From Erysipelotrichaceae bacterium (GTDB lineage: Bacteria > Bacillota_I > Bacilli_A > RF39 > UBA660): DNA of 64,000 nt. The stretch is from positions 3,959-67,958 of the forward strand of contig JALEZJ010000181.1 in the NCBI GenBank assembly GCA_022772985.1, read 5' to 3'. The notes beneath the pieces are model-generated. The model was not told where the DNA came from. It saw only the letters and a list, made by a program, of their open reading frames with translations, and searched no databases. Position numbers and translations under genes: made by a program. Position 1 is the first letter of the stretch. Each line of letters begins with the position of its first letter. Below are positions 38,222-48,625 of this stretch, in pieces.

Positions 38222-38494
38222 ATAAATTTCAAGTTCCCTTAATCTTGATGAAACTAAAAAGTTTCAAATAAAATGGAACTTTTTTTGAACGTAAAAACAG
38301 AAAAATTCAATTCCTAATTCAATCTTTTTCACTTTACCACCTGACGACATATGATAACATCATTTGAGACTTTTTGGTAAAATAACAACTCAAGACATTA
38401 TCACAGAATAACCAGATTTAAAATAATTTTTTAGCAATTTTCTTGTAATAAATTTTAAAATAAGTTATACTTAAAACAAGAATGTGGTGATAGT

Positions 38495-41449
38495 ATGTAT
38501 CTAAAGAGTATTAAAGCTTATGGTTTTAAGTCTTTTGCCGATAAAATTGAGATTAATTTTGGACCAAATATTAACGGAATTGTAGGACCAAACGGAAGTG
38601 GAAAATCAAATGTGGTGGATGCAGTTCGCTGGGTGTTAGGAGAACAATCTATTAAGTCGTTACGAGGAGAAACTTCTACAGATGTTATATTTTCAGGAAG
38701 TAAGAGTAGAAAGCCGTTAAATAGTGCTTCTATCACTTTAGTATTTGATAACACCGATTTATATTTACCAATTCAATATACAGAAGTATCTGTTAGAAGA
38801 GTGATGTATCGAAGTGGAGAGAATGAATATTATTTAAATAATGAAAAATGTCGATTAAAAGACATTACCAATTTATTAACAGATAGTGGTGCAGATAAAG
38901 AAAGTTTTAATATTATTGGTCAAGGAAAAATTGATGAAATTTTATCTACAAGGCCAGAAGATAGAAGATTAGTATTTGAAAGTGCTGCAGGAGTACTAAA
39001 ATACAAAAAAAGAAAATTAGAAGCAATAAAAAAATTAGAAAGAACCAATCAAAATATTTCACGGGTAAATGATATTTTAAATGAGTTGGAAAATAATATT
39101 TATCCATTAGAAAAACAAAGTTTAAATGCCAAAAAATATTTAGAATATAAAGAGGAACTAACAGATTTAGAAATTTCTTTAATGGTTCATGATATTCACT
39201 TTTATAATCATCATACCAAACAATTAAAAGAGAAAATAGACAAATTAAAAGATGAACTAATTCAATTATCTAGCAGTCATTCCTCTTATGATATCGATAT
39301 TTTAGAAAAAAAAGACCAAATAAAAAAAATGGAAAGTGAGATAAATTTAAATCAAAACGCTTTGCTTGAAGTTATAAAAAGTATTGAGAAAATAGATGCT
39401 GATATCCGAATTTTAAAAGAAAGAAAAAAATATACTGAAGATTCAAAAAATCATTCTGAGCAAGATGTACTACTACTAAAAGAAAATATTTTAAAGCTAG
39501 AAACTTCTTTAAACGAATTAAAAAATGATATCTCAAAATATCAAGAAAACATAATGATAGTACAAAATCAAAAAGAAAATTATCAGAAGAAATATCAAGA
39601 ATTAGTAGATAAAAAAAATCAATTAAACAATTTATTAGAACAAAATCAACGAGATAAAACAAAATTAAAATATAAAATTGATTATTTAGAAAATAGTATT
39701 CAAAATAATCAAACGCTTCCTAGTTCAGTGAAAAATATTTTATCGAACAAAAGATTCATAGGAATTCATAACGTGATTGGTAAATTATTTGAATTAGACG
39801 ATCAGTATTATACAGCAATTAGTATTGCCCTAGGTGGAGCTGCAAACTATATAGTAGTAAATACAAGTAGTGATGCCAAAGAAATAATACACTATTTAAA
39901 AGAAAACAAGTTAGGTAGAGCCACTTTTTTTCCAATTGATACTATTAAACCGAGATACATTGACGAGACTTTTTTAAACAAAGTGAAAAATATGGATGGA
40001 TTTATTGGAATAGCTTCTTCTTTAGTGAGATGTAAAGAGATCTATCACAATATTATTTTAAATCAATTAGGGAACGTAATAGTAGCCGACAATTTAGAAC
40101 ATGCAAATCAATTCAGCAAAATGATGATGCATCGCTATAAGATTGTAACATTAGACGGACAGCAAGTAAATGTAGGTGGCTCTATTACAGGTGGAAGTAT
40201 ATCTACCACACGTAATTTAATTCAAGATAAATATGAATTACAAACAAAAACTATGGAGCTAGAATCATTAAACCAGAAAGAACTAGATTTAGAAGATAGT
40301 CTGAAGAATGTGGTAACGGAACTTCAGAAGTATGAACAATTTATCCATGCTAATAAAACAAAAATATTAGATATTACCGAAAAAATGAATCAAAAATCAA
40401 ACGCTAAAGAATCTCTTTCATCCCAAAAAGAAAGTTTAGAAAGAGAGTTAAAAGATATAATATCTATTTCGAATCATAATACAGATCATGAATTAGAAAA
40501 TTTAATGAATATGTATTATAGCGCCATTGAAAATCGAGATAATGTTGAAACTATCCTAGAAACATTAAAAACAAAAAAAGTAGAAATAGAACAAAATATT
40601 ATTGAAACAGAAGAATTGTCTAAACAAGATAATTATTATATAAGTACTAAAGAGAAAAATTTAAAAGAATTAGAAATTCAATTAAATACAACTAATATTC
40701 GCTTAGATAATTTATTAATTTCTCTTGGTGAAGAATATAATATGACTTATGAAGCAGCAGTTTCAAAATATAATTTAGAAGTAGAAGAAGAATTAGCTCG
40801 TAATAGGGTTAAAGAATTAAAAAATTCAATTAAAGAATTAGGCTATGTAAACATAGAAGCAATTGATGAATATGATCGAGTAAAAGAACGTTATGACTTT
40901 TTAAACGGACAAAGGGAAGATTTAAAAAAAGCAGAGAATACTTTATTAGAAATTATTAAAGAGATGGACGATGTAATGAAAGAAAAATTTGTTACTACTT
41001 TTGAAGCGATCAGAAAAGAATTTAAAAAAGTTTTTCGGGAAATGTTTCATGGGGGAGAAGCAGAATTATTATTGACAGATCCAGATAATATTTTAGAAAC
41101 AGGAATCGAAATTCAAGCTGTGCCTTCTGGTAAAAATTTAAAGAGCCTATCTTTATTAAGTGGCGGTGAAAAGACATTTACAGCAATTTCTTTATTATTT
41201 GCAATACTAAATGTTAGGCCGGTACCATTTTGCTTATTAGATGAAGTAGAAGCAGCCTTAGATGATGCCAATGTGGAAAGTTTTGGAAATTATCTAAATA
41301 AGTATCGGGATACTACCCAATTTATCTTAATTACTCACAAGAAAAAAACCATGGAGTTTGCAGATATATTATATGGTATTACGATGCAAGAATCTGGGGT
41401 TACCAAACTTGTTAGTGTCAGACTAGAAGATATTAAAGAAAATAATTAA
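38495..41449 (+). CDS. smc: Chromosome segregation protein SMC (short, 984 aa)
   Basis: Walker A GPNGSGKSN, a hinge around GRATFFPID, signature LSGGEK and Walker B CLLDEVEAALD. It has clearly shorter coiled-coil arms than the ~1190-aa Bacillus type. Confidence 0.95.
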   Translation: MYLKSIKAYGFKSFADKIEINFGPNINGIVGPNGSGKSNVVDAVRWVLGEQSIKSLRGETSTDVIFSGSKSRKPLNSASITLVFDNTDLYLPIQYTEVSVRRVMYRSGENEYYLNNEKCRLKDITNLLTDSGADKESFNIIGQGKIDEILSTRPEDRRLVFESAAGVLKYKKRKLEAIKKLERTNQNISRVNDILNELENNIYPLEKQSLNAKKYLEYKEELTDLEISLMVHDIHFYNHHTKQLKEKIDKLKDELIQLSSSHSSYDIDILEKKDQIKKMESEINLNQNALLEVIKSIEKIDADIRILKERKKYTEDSKNHSEQDVLLLKENILKLETSLNELKNDISKYQENIMIVQNQKENYQKKYQELVDKKNQLNNLLEQNQRDKTKLKYKIDYLENSIQNNQTLPSSVKNILSNKRFIGIHNVIGKLFELDDQYYTAISIALGGAANYIVVNTSSDAKEIIHYLKENKLGRATFFPIDTIKPRYIDETFLNKVKNMDGFIGIASSLVRCKEIYHNIILNQLGNVIVADNLEHANQFSKMMMHRYKIVTLDGQQVNVGGSITGGSISTTRNLIQDKYELQTKTMELESLNQKELDLEDSLKNVVTELQKYEQFIHANKTKILDITEKMNQKSNAKESLSSQKESLERELKDIISISNHNTDHELENLMNMYYSAIENRDNVETILETLKTKKVEIEQNIIETEELSKQDNYYISTKEKNLKELEIQLNTTNIRLDNLLISLGEEYNMTYEAAVSKYNLEVEEELARNRVKELKNSIKELGYVNIEAIDEYDRVKERYDFLNGQREDLKKAENTLLEIIKEMDDVMKEKFVTTFEAIRKEFKKVFREMFHGGEAELLLTDPDNILETGIEIQAVPSGKNLKSLSLLSGGEKTFTAISLLFAILNVRPVPFCLLDEVEAALDDANVESFGNYLNKYRDTTQFILITHKKKTMEFADILYGITMQESGVTKLVSVRLEDIKENN

Positions 41450-41639
41450 AAATTATAAAACAGAGTAAGGAGCTTTTTAATATTTGTTAAAATACTTCTT
41501 TTTTCTTTTCCTCTTAATTCATTGATTAGAAGGATTTAATTTTAAAATACACTTAAATAATTTTTTTAAAATATTTCTTCTTTTTTTTACATATAATCAT
41601 TTTTATGTTATAATGTCTTAGTTACTGTGGGAGGAAAAA

Positions 41640-42665
41640 ATGAAGACAGATGATTTTGATTTTAATTTACCAGAAGATTTGATAGCACAACATCCAATTG
41701 AAAAACGTGATCATTCTAGGATGATGGTTTTAGATCGGAAGACAGGAAAAATAGAACATAAAATATTTTCAGATATTATTGATTATTTAAAACCGGGTGA
41801 TACATTGGTATTAAATGATACAAAGGTAATTCCAGCAAGACTTTTCGGAGTAAAAGTAGAAACATCAGCTCATGTAGAAGTATTACTATTAAAAAATATT
41901 TCAAAAGATAAATGGGAAACATTAGTAAAACCAGCAAAAAGAGTTAAGATTGGTACCGTTGTATCTTTTGGAGAGGGAATTCTAAAAGCAACCTGTGTTG
42001 GAATAGGGGAAGAAGGAATCCGAGAATTTGAATTTAGTTATGATGGCTTATTTTATGAACTATTAGATAAATTAGGTACGATGCCACTTCCACCTTATAT
42101 TAGAGAACAGCTCTCTGATCAGCAACGTTATCAAACAGTATATGCCAAAAATATAGGAAGTGCTGCTGCTCCAACAGCTGGATTGCATTTTACCAAAGAA
42201 CTATTAAAAAAATTAGAACAAAAAGGAATTACCATTTGCTATATTACACTCCATGTAGGACTAGGAACTTTTCGACCAGTGAATGTAGAAGATGTTACAA
42301 AACATACAATGCATTCTGAATATTATAGAATGTCTAAAGAAGTTGCCGATAAGTTAAATTTAGCCAAAAAAGAAGGAAGAAGAGTGATTGCAGTAGGTAC
42401 TACTAGCACTAGAACCTTAGAGACCATTATCAAAAAGTATGGGCATTTTCAAGAATGTTCTGGATGGACAAATATATTCATTTATCCAGGATATCAATTT
42501 GGAGCAATTGATGGGTTAATTACAAATTTTCATTTGCCAAAATCTACTTTAATTATGTTAGTATCAGCACTAGCTAGCAAAGAGATTATTTTAAGCGCAT
42601 ATTCTGAAGCTATAAAGCAAAAGTATCGATTCTTTTCTTTTGGAGATTGTATGTTCATCCAATAA
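41640..42665 (+). CDS. queA: S-adenosylmethionine:tRNA ribosyltransferase-isomerase
   Basis: [38 protein letters not shown] and [10 protein letters not shown] are typical QueA motifs. Confidence 0.95.
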   Translation: MKTDDFDFNLPEDLIAQHPIEKRDHSRMMVLDRKTGKIEHKIFSDIIDYLKPGDTLVLNDTKVIPARLFGVKVETSAHVEVLLLKNISKDKWETLVKPAKRVKIGTVVSFGEGILKATCVGIGEEGIREFEFSYDGLFYELLDKLGTMPLPPYIREQLSDQQRYQTVYAKNIGSAAAPTAGLHFTKELLKKLEQKGITICYITLHVGLGTFRPVNVEDVTKHTMHSEYYRMSKEVADKLNLAKKEGRRVIAVGTTSTRTLETIIKKYGHFQECSGWTNIFIYPGYQFGAIDGLITNFHLPKSTLIMLVSALASKEIILSAYSEAIKQKYRFFSFGDCMFIQ

Positions 42666-42800
42666 TAAAAAAGAATTTTCATGAAAAGCTCTATCATAGA
42701 ATTTAAAGACATGATTTAAAAATATAAAATAAAAAAATTTTAATAAAAAAAAGGATTTTTAAAATTTATGTAGAATATTAATATATAGAGGGTGATTGCC

Positions 42801-44534
42801 ATGGCCTATATCGATGAAACAACGATTAATGCAATTAGAAGAAAACATCCTATTAAAGAGATTGTAGAACGATATGTTAGTTTAACAAAAAAAGGAGAAG
42901 ATTATTGGGGACTATGCCCTTTTCATGCAGATAATAATGCATCTATGTCTGTATCACCTAGATTAGATATGTTTCAATGTTTTGCTTGTAAAAAAGCTGG
43001 GAATGTTTTCAATTTTATTGCCCTAATGGAAAATATTTCATACGGAGATGCAATTCGTTTGTTAGCAAAAGAAGACGGCTATGAGATAGGAAGAAGTATT
43101 CAAAAAGAAGATCCTCATATAAAAGATTATGAAATTTTCAAGCTAGCAATGAAATATTATCAAAATAATATTTATAGCAAATTAGGAGAGAATGCTATTT
43201 TATATTTAAGGGATAGGAAAATTGATCGAGAAACGATTCAGAAGTTTGAGATTGGACTGTCCATTTCTAAACAACCATTAACGCCATTTTTATTAAATAA
43301 ATATCCTTTAGATAATTTGATTGACTTAGGGATTTCCAACACCGATGGAAAAGATATTTTTAACGATCGCATTATGATTCCAATTCATGACATGAATGGA
43401 AACCCAATTGGATTTGGTGGTAGAATTTATCAAACAAAAGATAGTAGTAAGTACATAAATACAAAAGCTACAGAACTTTTTGATAAAGGCACGATTCTTT
43501 ATAATTATCATCGTGCGCATAATAAACTTACAAAAGATGAATCTATCATTGTTATGGAAGGATATTTTGATGTGATTCGAGCATCAACAATAGGAGTTAA
43601 CAATTGTGTTGCACCAATGGGAACTTCTTTGACAAAACAACATATTCAGATTTTAAAAAAAATAACAAATCATATTATTTTATGCTTTGATGGAGACGAA
43701 GCAGGCAAACAAGCAACAATTAGAGCAATTCCATTGTTAGAACAAGCTAACATGGATGTGAAAATAGTTCGGCTAGAAGAAAAAGATCCAGATGAATTTA
43801 TTATCAAACGAGGAAGAGAAGCATTTTTACAAAAAATAGCCAATCCACTTAATGCACTTGATTTTAAAATGCAAGTATTAGGAGAAGATAAAAACTTAAA
43901 TGATACAAAGGAAGCTAGTATTTACATTGACGAATTACTTCAAGAATTAGCAAAAGAAAAAGATGAGATTTTAGTAGAACTTACCTTAAAAAAAATAGCT
44001 AATCGTTTTCAGATGGAATATGAAACATTAAATCAAAGATTTATTAAATATCAATTAAAACAAAAATCAATTCAAAAAACAAATAACCCAAATATTAAAA
44101 AGGAACAAAAAACACCAAATAAGTATGGACAAGCCACTAATAATTTGTTATACTACATGATTATATCAGCTAATGTGATGGAACAAGCAGAATCGCAAGT
44201 GATGATGATTATGGATAATAAAAAAAGAAGATTATTTAATGAAATTATTTATTATTATCACAAATATGGAGAATTAGTAGTTGCTGATTTTATTACTTAC
44301 TTAACGACTAAAACAGATGTTATTGATACCTTTTGGGAAATTATGAATCAAAACTTAAAAAAAACGTATTCAAATGAAGAAATTGTTGATTATATAAAAT
44401 GTGTAAATGATTATTATAAAAAAAATATTATAGATAAATTAAAGCTTGACTTAAAAAAAGAAACTGATCCAATGAAACAAGCGAATATCTTAAAAGAAAT
44501 AATGAAGATAAGAGGAGTGAAAACCAGTGATTGA
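42801..44534 (+). CDS. dnaG: DNA primase
   Basis: Zinc ribbon [20 protein letters not shown] and TOPRIM ([16 protein letters not shown]). ATG 42801 behind a GGGTGA RBS is preferred to the listed GTG 42792. Confidence 0.9.
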   Translation: MAYIDETTINAIRRKHPIKEIVERYVSLTKKGEDYWGLCPFHADNNASMSVSPRLDMFQCFACKKAGNVFNFIALMENISYGDAIRLLAKEDGYEIGRSIQKEDPHIKDYEIFKLAMKYYQNNIYSKLGENAILYLRDRKIDRETIQKFEIGLSISKQPLTPFLLNKYPLDNLIDLGISNTDGKDIFNDRIMIPIHDMNGNPIGFGGRIYQTKDSSKYINTKATELFDKGTILYNYHRAHNKLTKDESIIVMEGYFDVIRASTIGVNNCVAPMGTSLTKQHIQILKKITNHIILCFDGDEAGKQATIRAIPLLEQANMDVKIVRLEEKDPDEFIIKRGREAFLQKIANPLNALDFKMQVLGEDKNLNDTKEASIYIDELLQELAKEKDEILVELTLKKIANRFQMEYETLNQRFIKYQLKQKSIQKTNNPNIKKEQKTPNKYGQATNNLLYYMIISANVMEQAESQVMMIMDNKKRRLFNEIIYYYHKYGELVVADFITYLTTKTDVIDTFWEIMNQNLKKTYSNEEIVDYIKCVNDYYKKNIIDKLKLDLKKETDPMKQANILKEIMKIRGVKTSD

Positions 44535-45627
44535 AGAAATTAAAACTTTTGAAGAAAGAAAAGAAGAATTAATTAAAAAGGGAAAAGAAAATGGATTTAT
44601 TACTTATGAAGAATTAGCAAATGGTTTAAAAGGATTAGAGATTGATAGTGATGCTTTAGATGATCTATATAATTCTTTAATTGAAAATCAAATCGAAATC
44701 GTAAATGATGAATCTGAAGTTGGTTCTGGTGGAGACGAAGATTTTGGTGGAGATATCGAAGAAATCTTAAAAGATAATAGTATTGCCAAAGAACTATCTA
44801 TCAACGATCCAGTTCGTATGTATTTAAAAGAAATTGGTAGAATTAGTTTATTATCTTTAGAAGAAGAAACTAAACTATCGGAACGAATTGCTGAAGGCGA
44901 TGAAGAAGCAAAAAATATTTTAGCAGAATCTAACTTACGTTTAGTGGTTAGTATTGCGAAAAGATATGTAGGACGAGGAATGTTATTTTTAGATCTAATT
45001 CAAGAAGGAAATATTGGTCTTATGAAAGCGGTAGAAAAATTTGATGCCAATAAAGGTTATAAATTTTCTACTTACGCTACTTGGTGGATTCGTCAAGCAA
45101 TCACTAGAGCAATTGCCGATCAGGCAAGAACAATTCGTGTTCCAGTTCACATGGTGGAAACAATTAATAAGTTATCCCGTTATCAAAGACAATTAACATT
45201 AGAATTAAATAGAGAACCAACCGATGAAGAACTTGCGAAAAAGATGGGAATGGCAGTAGATAAAGTTCGTGAAGTAATCAAAATCGCTCAAGATCCAGTT
45301 TCACTAGAAACACCAATTGGAGAAGAAGATGATTCGCATTTAGGAGATTTTGTGAAAGATGAAAGAAGCATGTCTCCTGAAGAATATACAATTCATGAAT
45401 TATTAAAAGATGAAATTAGTGATGTTTTGCTTACCTTAACAGAAAGAGAAGAACAAGTATTAAGACTTCGTTTTGGACTTGATGACGGCTCATGCAAGAC
45501 ATTAGAAGAAGTTGGACAAATGTTTGGTGTCACCAGAGAAAGAATTAGACAAATCGAAGCCAAAGCACTAAGAAAATTAAGACATCCATCTAGAAGTCGA
45601 AAGCTAAAGGATTTCTTAAATGATTAA
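44527..45627 (+). CDS. sigA: RNA polymerase primary sigma factor
   Basis: Regions 2-4 are present: [44 protein letters not shown] and [30 protein letters not shown]. It follows dnaG as in the Firmicutes macromolecular-synthesis operon. Confidence 0.95.
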   Translation: MIEEIKTFEERKEELIKKGKENGFITYEELANGLKGLEIDSDALDDLYNSLIENQIEIVNDESEVGSGGDEDFGGDIEEILKDNSIAKELSINDPVRMYLKEIGRISLLSLEEETKLSERIAEGDEEAKNILAESNLRLVVSIAKRYVGRGMLFLDLIQEGNIGLMKAVEKFDANKGYKFSTYATWWIRQAITRAIADQARTIRVPVHMVETINKLSRYQRQLTLELNREPTDEELAKKMGMAVDKVREVIKIAQDPVSLETPIGEEDDSHLGDFVKDERSMSPEEYTIHELLKDEISDVLLTLTEREEQVLRLRFGLDDGSCKTLEEVGQMFGVTRERIRQIEAKALRKLRHPSRSRKLKDFLND

Positions 45628-46294
45628 ATTATCAGATAGATTAAAAAAAATAGCGGATTATGTGAATGATGATAGTTCTATGATAGATATTGGATGTGAT
45701 CATGGACTGTTAGATATCTATCTTATACAAAAGAAAAAGAATATAAAGTTGATTGCTAGTGATGTCAATCCTAATGCTTTAAATAATGCAAAAAAAAATA
45801 TAAAAAAATATGGGCTAGAAAATAAAATTACAACCGTTCTTAGCAATGGGTTAGACGAAATTGATACAACAGGTGTGGATACTATCATAATTTCTGGAAT
45901 GGGTTCCCATACAATTGTAGGAATCCTATATAATCACCTAAGAAAAATAAAAAACGTAAAACAGTTAATTATTCAAAGTAATAATGACCTAGATTTTTTA
46001 AGATATAAATTGACAAAGATAGGTTATTACATTGAAAAAGAAGAATTAGTAAAGGATGCAGATATTATATATACTATTATTCAGTTTCGACATGGCTATC
46101 GTTTTTACACTAAGAAACAACTGTATTTTGGGCCATATTTATTAAAAGAAAATAGTAACTTATTTCAAGAAAAATGCCAACTAGAATTAAAAAAGTTGGA
46201 ACAATTTTATCCAATGATTCCCAAAAATCATTATCATCACAGAAGAAAGACTTATCAAAAAATTAAAATGCTTAGAAAGATATTGAATCAATAA
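45620..46294 (+). CDS. trmK: tRNA (adenine22-N1)-methyltransferase
   Basis: [12 protein letters not shown]....[15 protein letters not shown] and ASDVNPNAL are present. It sits right after sigA, as B. subtilis yqfN does. Confidence 0.8.
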   Translation: MIKLSDRLKKIADYVNDDSSMIDIGCDHGLLDIYLIQKKKNIKLIASDVNPNALNNAKKNIKKYGLENKITTVLSNGLDEIDTTGVDTIIISGMGSHTIVGILYNHLRKIKNVKQLIIQSNNDLDFLRYKLTKIGYYIEKEELVKDADIIYTIIQFRHGYRFYTKKQLYFGPYLLKENSNLFQEKCQLELKKLEQFYPMIPKNHYHHRRKTYQKIKMLRKILNQ

Positions 46295-46547
46295 AAAGCA
46301 AGACAATAGTATAAAGTATTTCCATAATTAGCTATTGATAAATCTTAATATGCTTTTTTACATTTTATAAAATAAGTGTAAAAGTTTTAATTGATGCAAT
46401 CCTGGAGATTGACTTGGTAGTGATGTTTAGAGTGCAGAAACGTATAGTGATTACTATGCCTATCTAATAAATGATTCTAAAAAAAGTATTAAAAACTAAA
46501 TTTTAATTACAATTTTTTCACTTATAGTGAATTTTGCTTTCTACAAT

Positions 46548-46576
46548 TTGACAAAATGCATAAAATATGATAGAAT
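46548..46576 (+). promoter_or_regulatory. Near-consensus sigma-A promoter firing into the ORF-free spacer
   Basis: TTGACA (46548-46553), 17-nt spacer, TGaTAGAAT extended -10 (46568-46576). Confidence 0.65.
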
Positions 46577-46582
46577 GATTAA

Positions 46583-47060
46583 CACATGGTGCATTATTCT
46601 AGTCATTTGTGCTAAAGGAAGGTAGGGCTAAAAATCTACTAATTGTGTAATGATACTTTGTACATTTGCTTCTTTCGCCCAGATTGGGGCGGTGTATAAT
46701 TTAAAGATCAAGGAAGCTTTATAACGGCATATAGAGTAAGTCCTTTTTCTGCATCGAATTACCAATAAAACACATGTCGTGAGTGAATAGCGTGGGATAA
46801 GTAAAGATAGTATTTGCAAAATTGTCATTGCTTGATGCTTTGAAAATCTATTTGCAAAAGCGAATAAATTTAGATTTCAAATGTTAGGGAAAACCTCTAG
46901 AGTGTATATATTATAAGTGTTGAAGTGCGGACCGAATGGCAATCGAGTAATTAAAATGGTGACATTTAGTTATTTCCTTTAAATAGAAATAGCCGGTGGG
47001 TAACCTAAGGTAGGAAATAGAGAAATTCAACTCGACCTCAGCCGTAAAATTAATTTATAA
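46583..47060 (+). ncRNA. Candidate large structured RNA / long structured leader (OLE-like arrangement; class not verified)
   Basis: ~480 nt between the promoter and the next RBS has no credible ORF and looks more G/C-rich than other spacers here. Nested complementarities include the hairpin cgccc-agattg-gggcg (46676-46691), tcgagt 46943-48 / actcga 47030-35, tatttcc 46971-77 / ggaaata 47013-19 and ggt 46995-97 / acc 47003-05. Confidence 0.45.
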
Positions 47061-47095
47061 TATACCATATTGTTAGTTTAAACAAGGAGATAAAT

Positions 47096-47614
47096 ATGAA
47101 AAAGGATAGTTGGATTCCTATTATATTTATACTTACCTTTATTTTAGCATTCGTATTTGGTGCCATATCGAATCTTGTATCAAATATGAATGCTTTATTA
47201 TTAGGTATTTTGTTAATTGTGATTATTTTAATAGGAATTATATTTGATATGATAGGAGTAGCGGTACTAAGTTGCGAAGAGTCAACCTTTCATGCTAAGG
47301 CATCTAGAAAAATAACTGGTTCAAAAGAGTGTGTTCAATTAATAAAGAAAGCAAACCGTACTAGTAGTATTTGTAATGATGTAATTGGAGATATTTGTGG
47401 CATTGTTTCTGGAAGCATTTCCGCTTCCTTGGTAGTTTTATTATATGATACGCCATTAGTAGCCATTCTTCTAACTGCAATAGTTTCTGCTTTTACAGTA
47501 GGCGGAAAGGCAATTGGAAAAAAAATAGCTATCGATCATTGTGAGGATATTACGTTTATAGTAGGAAAATTGTTAAGTAAAACAACTGTTAAGAAAAGAA
47601 AAAAATCAAACTAA
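47096..47614 (+). CDS. Stand-alone 4-TM membrane protein resembling a DUF21 (CorB/CNNM transmembrane) module; OapA-like candidate
   Basis: 172 aa with an AAGGAG RBS. It has two TM helices, the acidic motif LSCEESTF, a basic juxtamembrane helix (KASRKITGSKECVQLIKKANR), then ICNDVIGDICGIVSGS and a fourth TM. No CBS/CorC domains. A terminator hairpin lies at about 47603-47650. Confidence 0.55.
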   Translation: MKKDSWIPIIFILTFILAFVFGAISNLVSNMNALLLGILLIVIILIGIIFDMIGVAVLSCEESTFHAKASRKITGSKECVQLIKKANRTSSICNDVIGDICGIVSGSISASLVVLLYDTPLVAILLTAIVSAFTVGGKAIGKKIAIDHCEDITFIVGKLLSKTTVKKRKKSN

Positions 47615-47698
47615 TTGATCGGTTCCTCGATTAGTTAATTTTTTTCTTTTAAAATGAGAAAAAATTTGCTATAATAAAATCATGAAAGAGGGATTTCT

Positions 47699-48625
47699 AT
47701 GAAAGAACAAATGAAAGGAAGTCATCTAGTTTCTATTTTTCTTATATTTTTTATTATTATTGGCCTAATTGCAGGTTTATTTTATTTCAATATAAAAAAA
47801 CACGCTAGCATTACAGTAGAAGCAGTAGTAAAATATATAGGAAATGACTACATTGTTGTAGAAGATGAAAATCAAGAAGAGTATTCATTAAAAACAGAAG
47901 AGGATTATAATGTGGGAGATAAAGTTTCTTTTGTGATAAAAGATATCAAAAAAGATTCAAACCCAAAAGAAGGAACAGTAGAAAAAATAGACACAATTAG
48001 TAAAAGTGTTCATTTTGTTATTATGGATAATAATAACAAAGAAAATGATGAAACTACTACTTCAAATGATGAAACAACTACAGAAGCAGAGAATAAGAAT
48101 GCAACCCAACAAGATACTACTTCAAATGCTTCTATTGAAACAGAAGATTCGGTAGTTACTTATTTTGAACAATTAAATAAAGATATAGATAGGTATAATC
48201 AAAATAGAAGTTTAGGGCAAACTATAAAAAAGGGGTTCGTAACAGCGATAGATTTTCTTTTTTATGGTGGAACAATAAAAGGTTATACTTTCGACTCATT
48301 AAGTAATAAAGCAAAATTAAAAGTACTAAAATTAGCTTTTTCAATAGACAGCAAAATCGAAAAGTATTTTCCTGGGTATAAAGAAGAAATATCTACTACA
48401 AGTAGTAAAATTTATACAAATGTAAAAGCTAAGGCAATAGAAGCTTATTTGGATATTACAACAAAAGTATGTCAAGAACAATCAGACACCTGTCATACAG
48501 CTAAAGAAGGACTTGCTGATTTGAAAAAAAGTTTTTCACTCACTTGGGATTTTATTAAAGATATTTCGGGAGTAGGAATATCTAAGTTAAAAGCATGGTA
48601 TGAAGTTTGGAAGGAAACCGAATGA
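47699..48625 (+). CDS. Hypothetical membrane-anchored protein
   Basis: 308 aa with one N-terminal TM (LVSIFLIFFIIIGLIAGLFYF) and an acidic T/N-rich linker. Its stop overlaps the uvrC start (ATGA). No family recognised. Confidence 0.6.
   Translation: MKEQMKGSHLVSIFLIFFIIIGLIAGLFYFNIKKHASITVEAVVKYIGNDYIVVEDENQEEYSLKTEEDYNVGDKVSFVIKDIKKDSNPKEGTVEKIDTISKSVHFVIMDNNNKENDETTTSNDETTTEAENKNATQQDTTSNASIETEDSVVTYFEQLNKDIDRYNQNRSLGQTIKKGFVTAIDFLFYGGTIKGYTFDSLSNKAKLKVLKLAFSIDSKIEKYFPGYKEEISTTSSKIYTNVKAKAIEAYLDITTKVCQEQSDTCHTAKEGLADLKKSFSLTWDFIKDISGVGISKLKAWYEVWKETE

Noticed and set aside
46628-46828. 66-aa minus-strand ORF inside the trmK-downstream spacer
   Set aside because: It has no RBS or promoter and lies antisense to a region driven by a strong plus-strand promoter. 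The region is better explained as structured RNA.
46583-47060. Identity of the structured region as RNase P RNA, tmRNA, SRP RNA or a group II intron
   Set aside because: I could not find the hallmark segments. Missing are the RNase P GAGGAAAGUCC-type core, the tmRNA tRNA-like ends and tag ORF, the SRP domain IV GGAA/AGCA motif, and the group II GUGYG start with a domain V hairpin. A few M-box-like strings (GTTAGG, AATGG.CAA, GGTGA) are too fragmentary to call.
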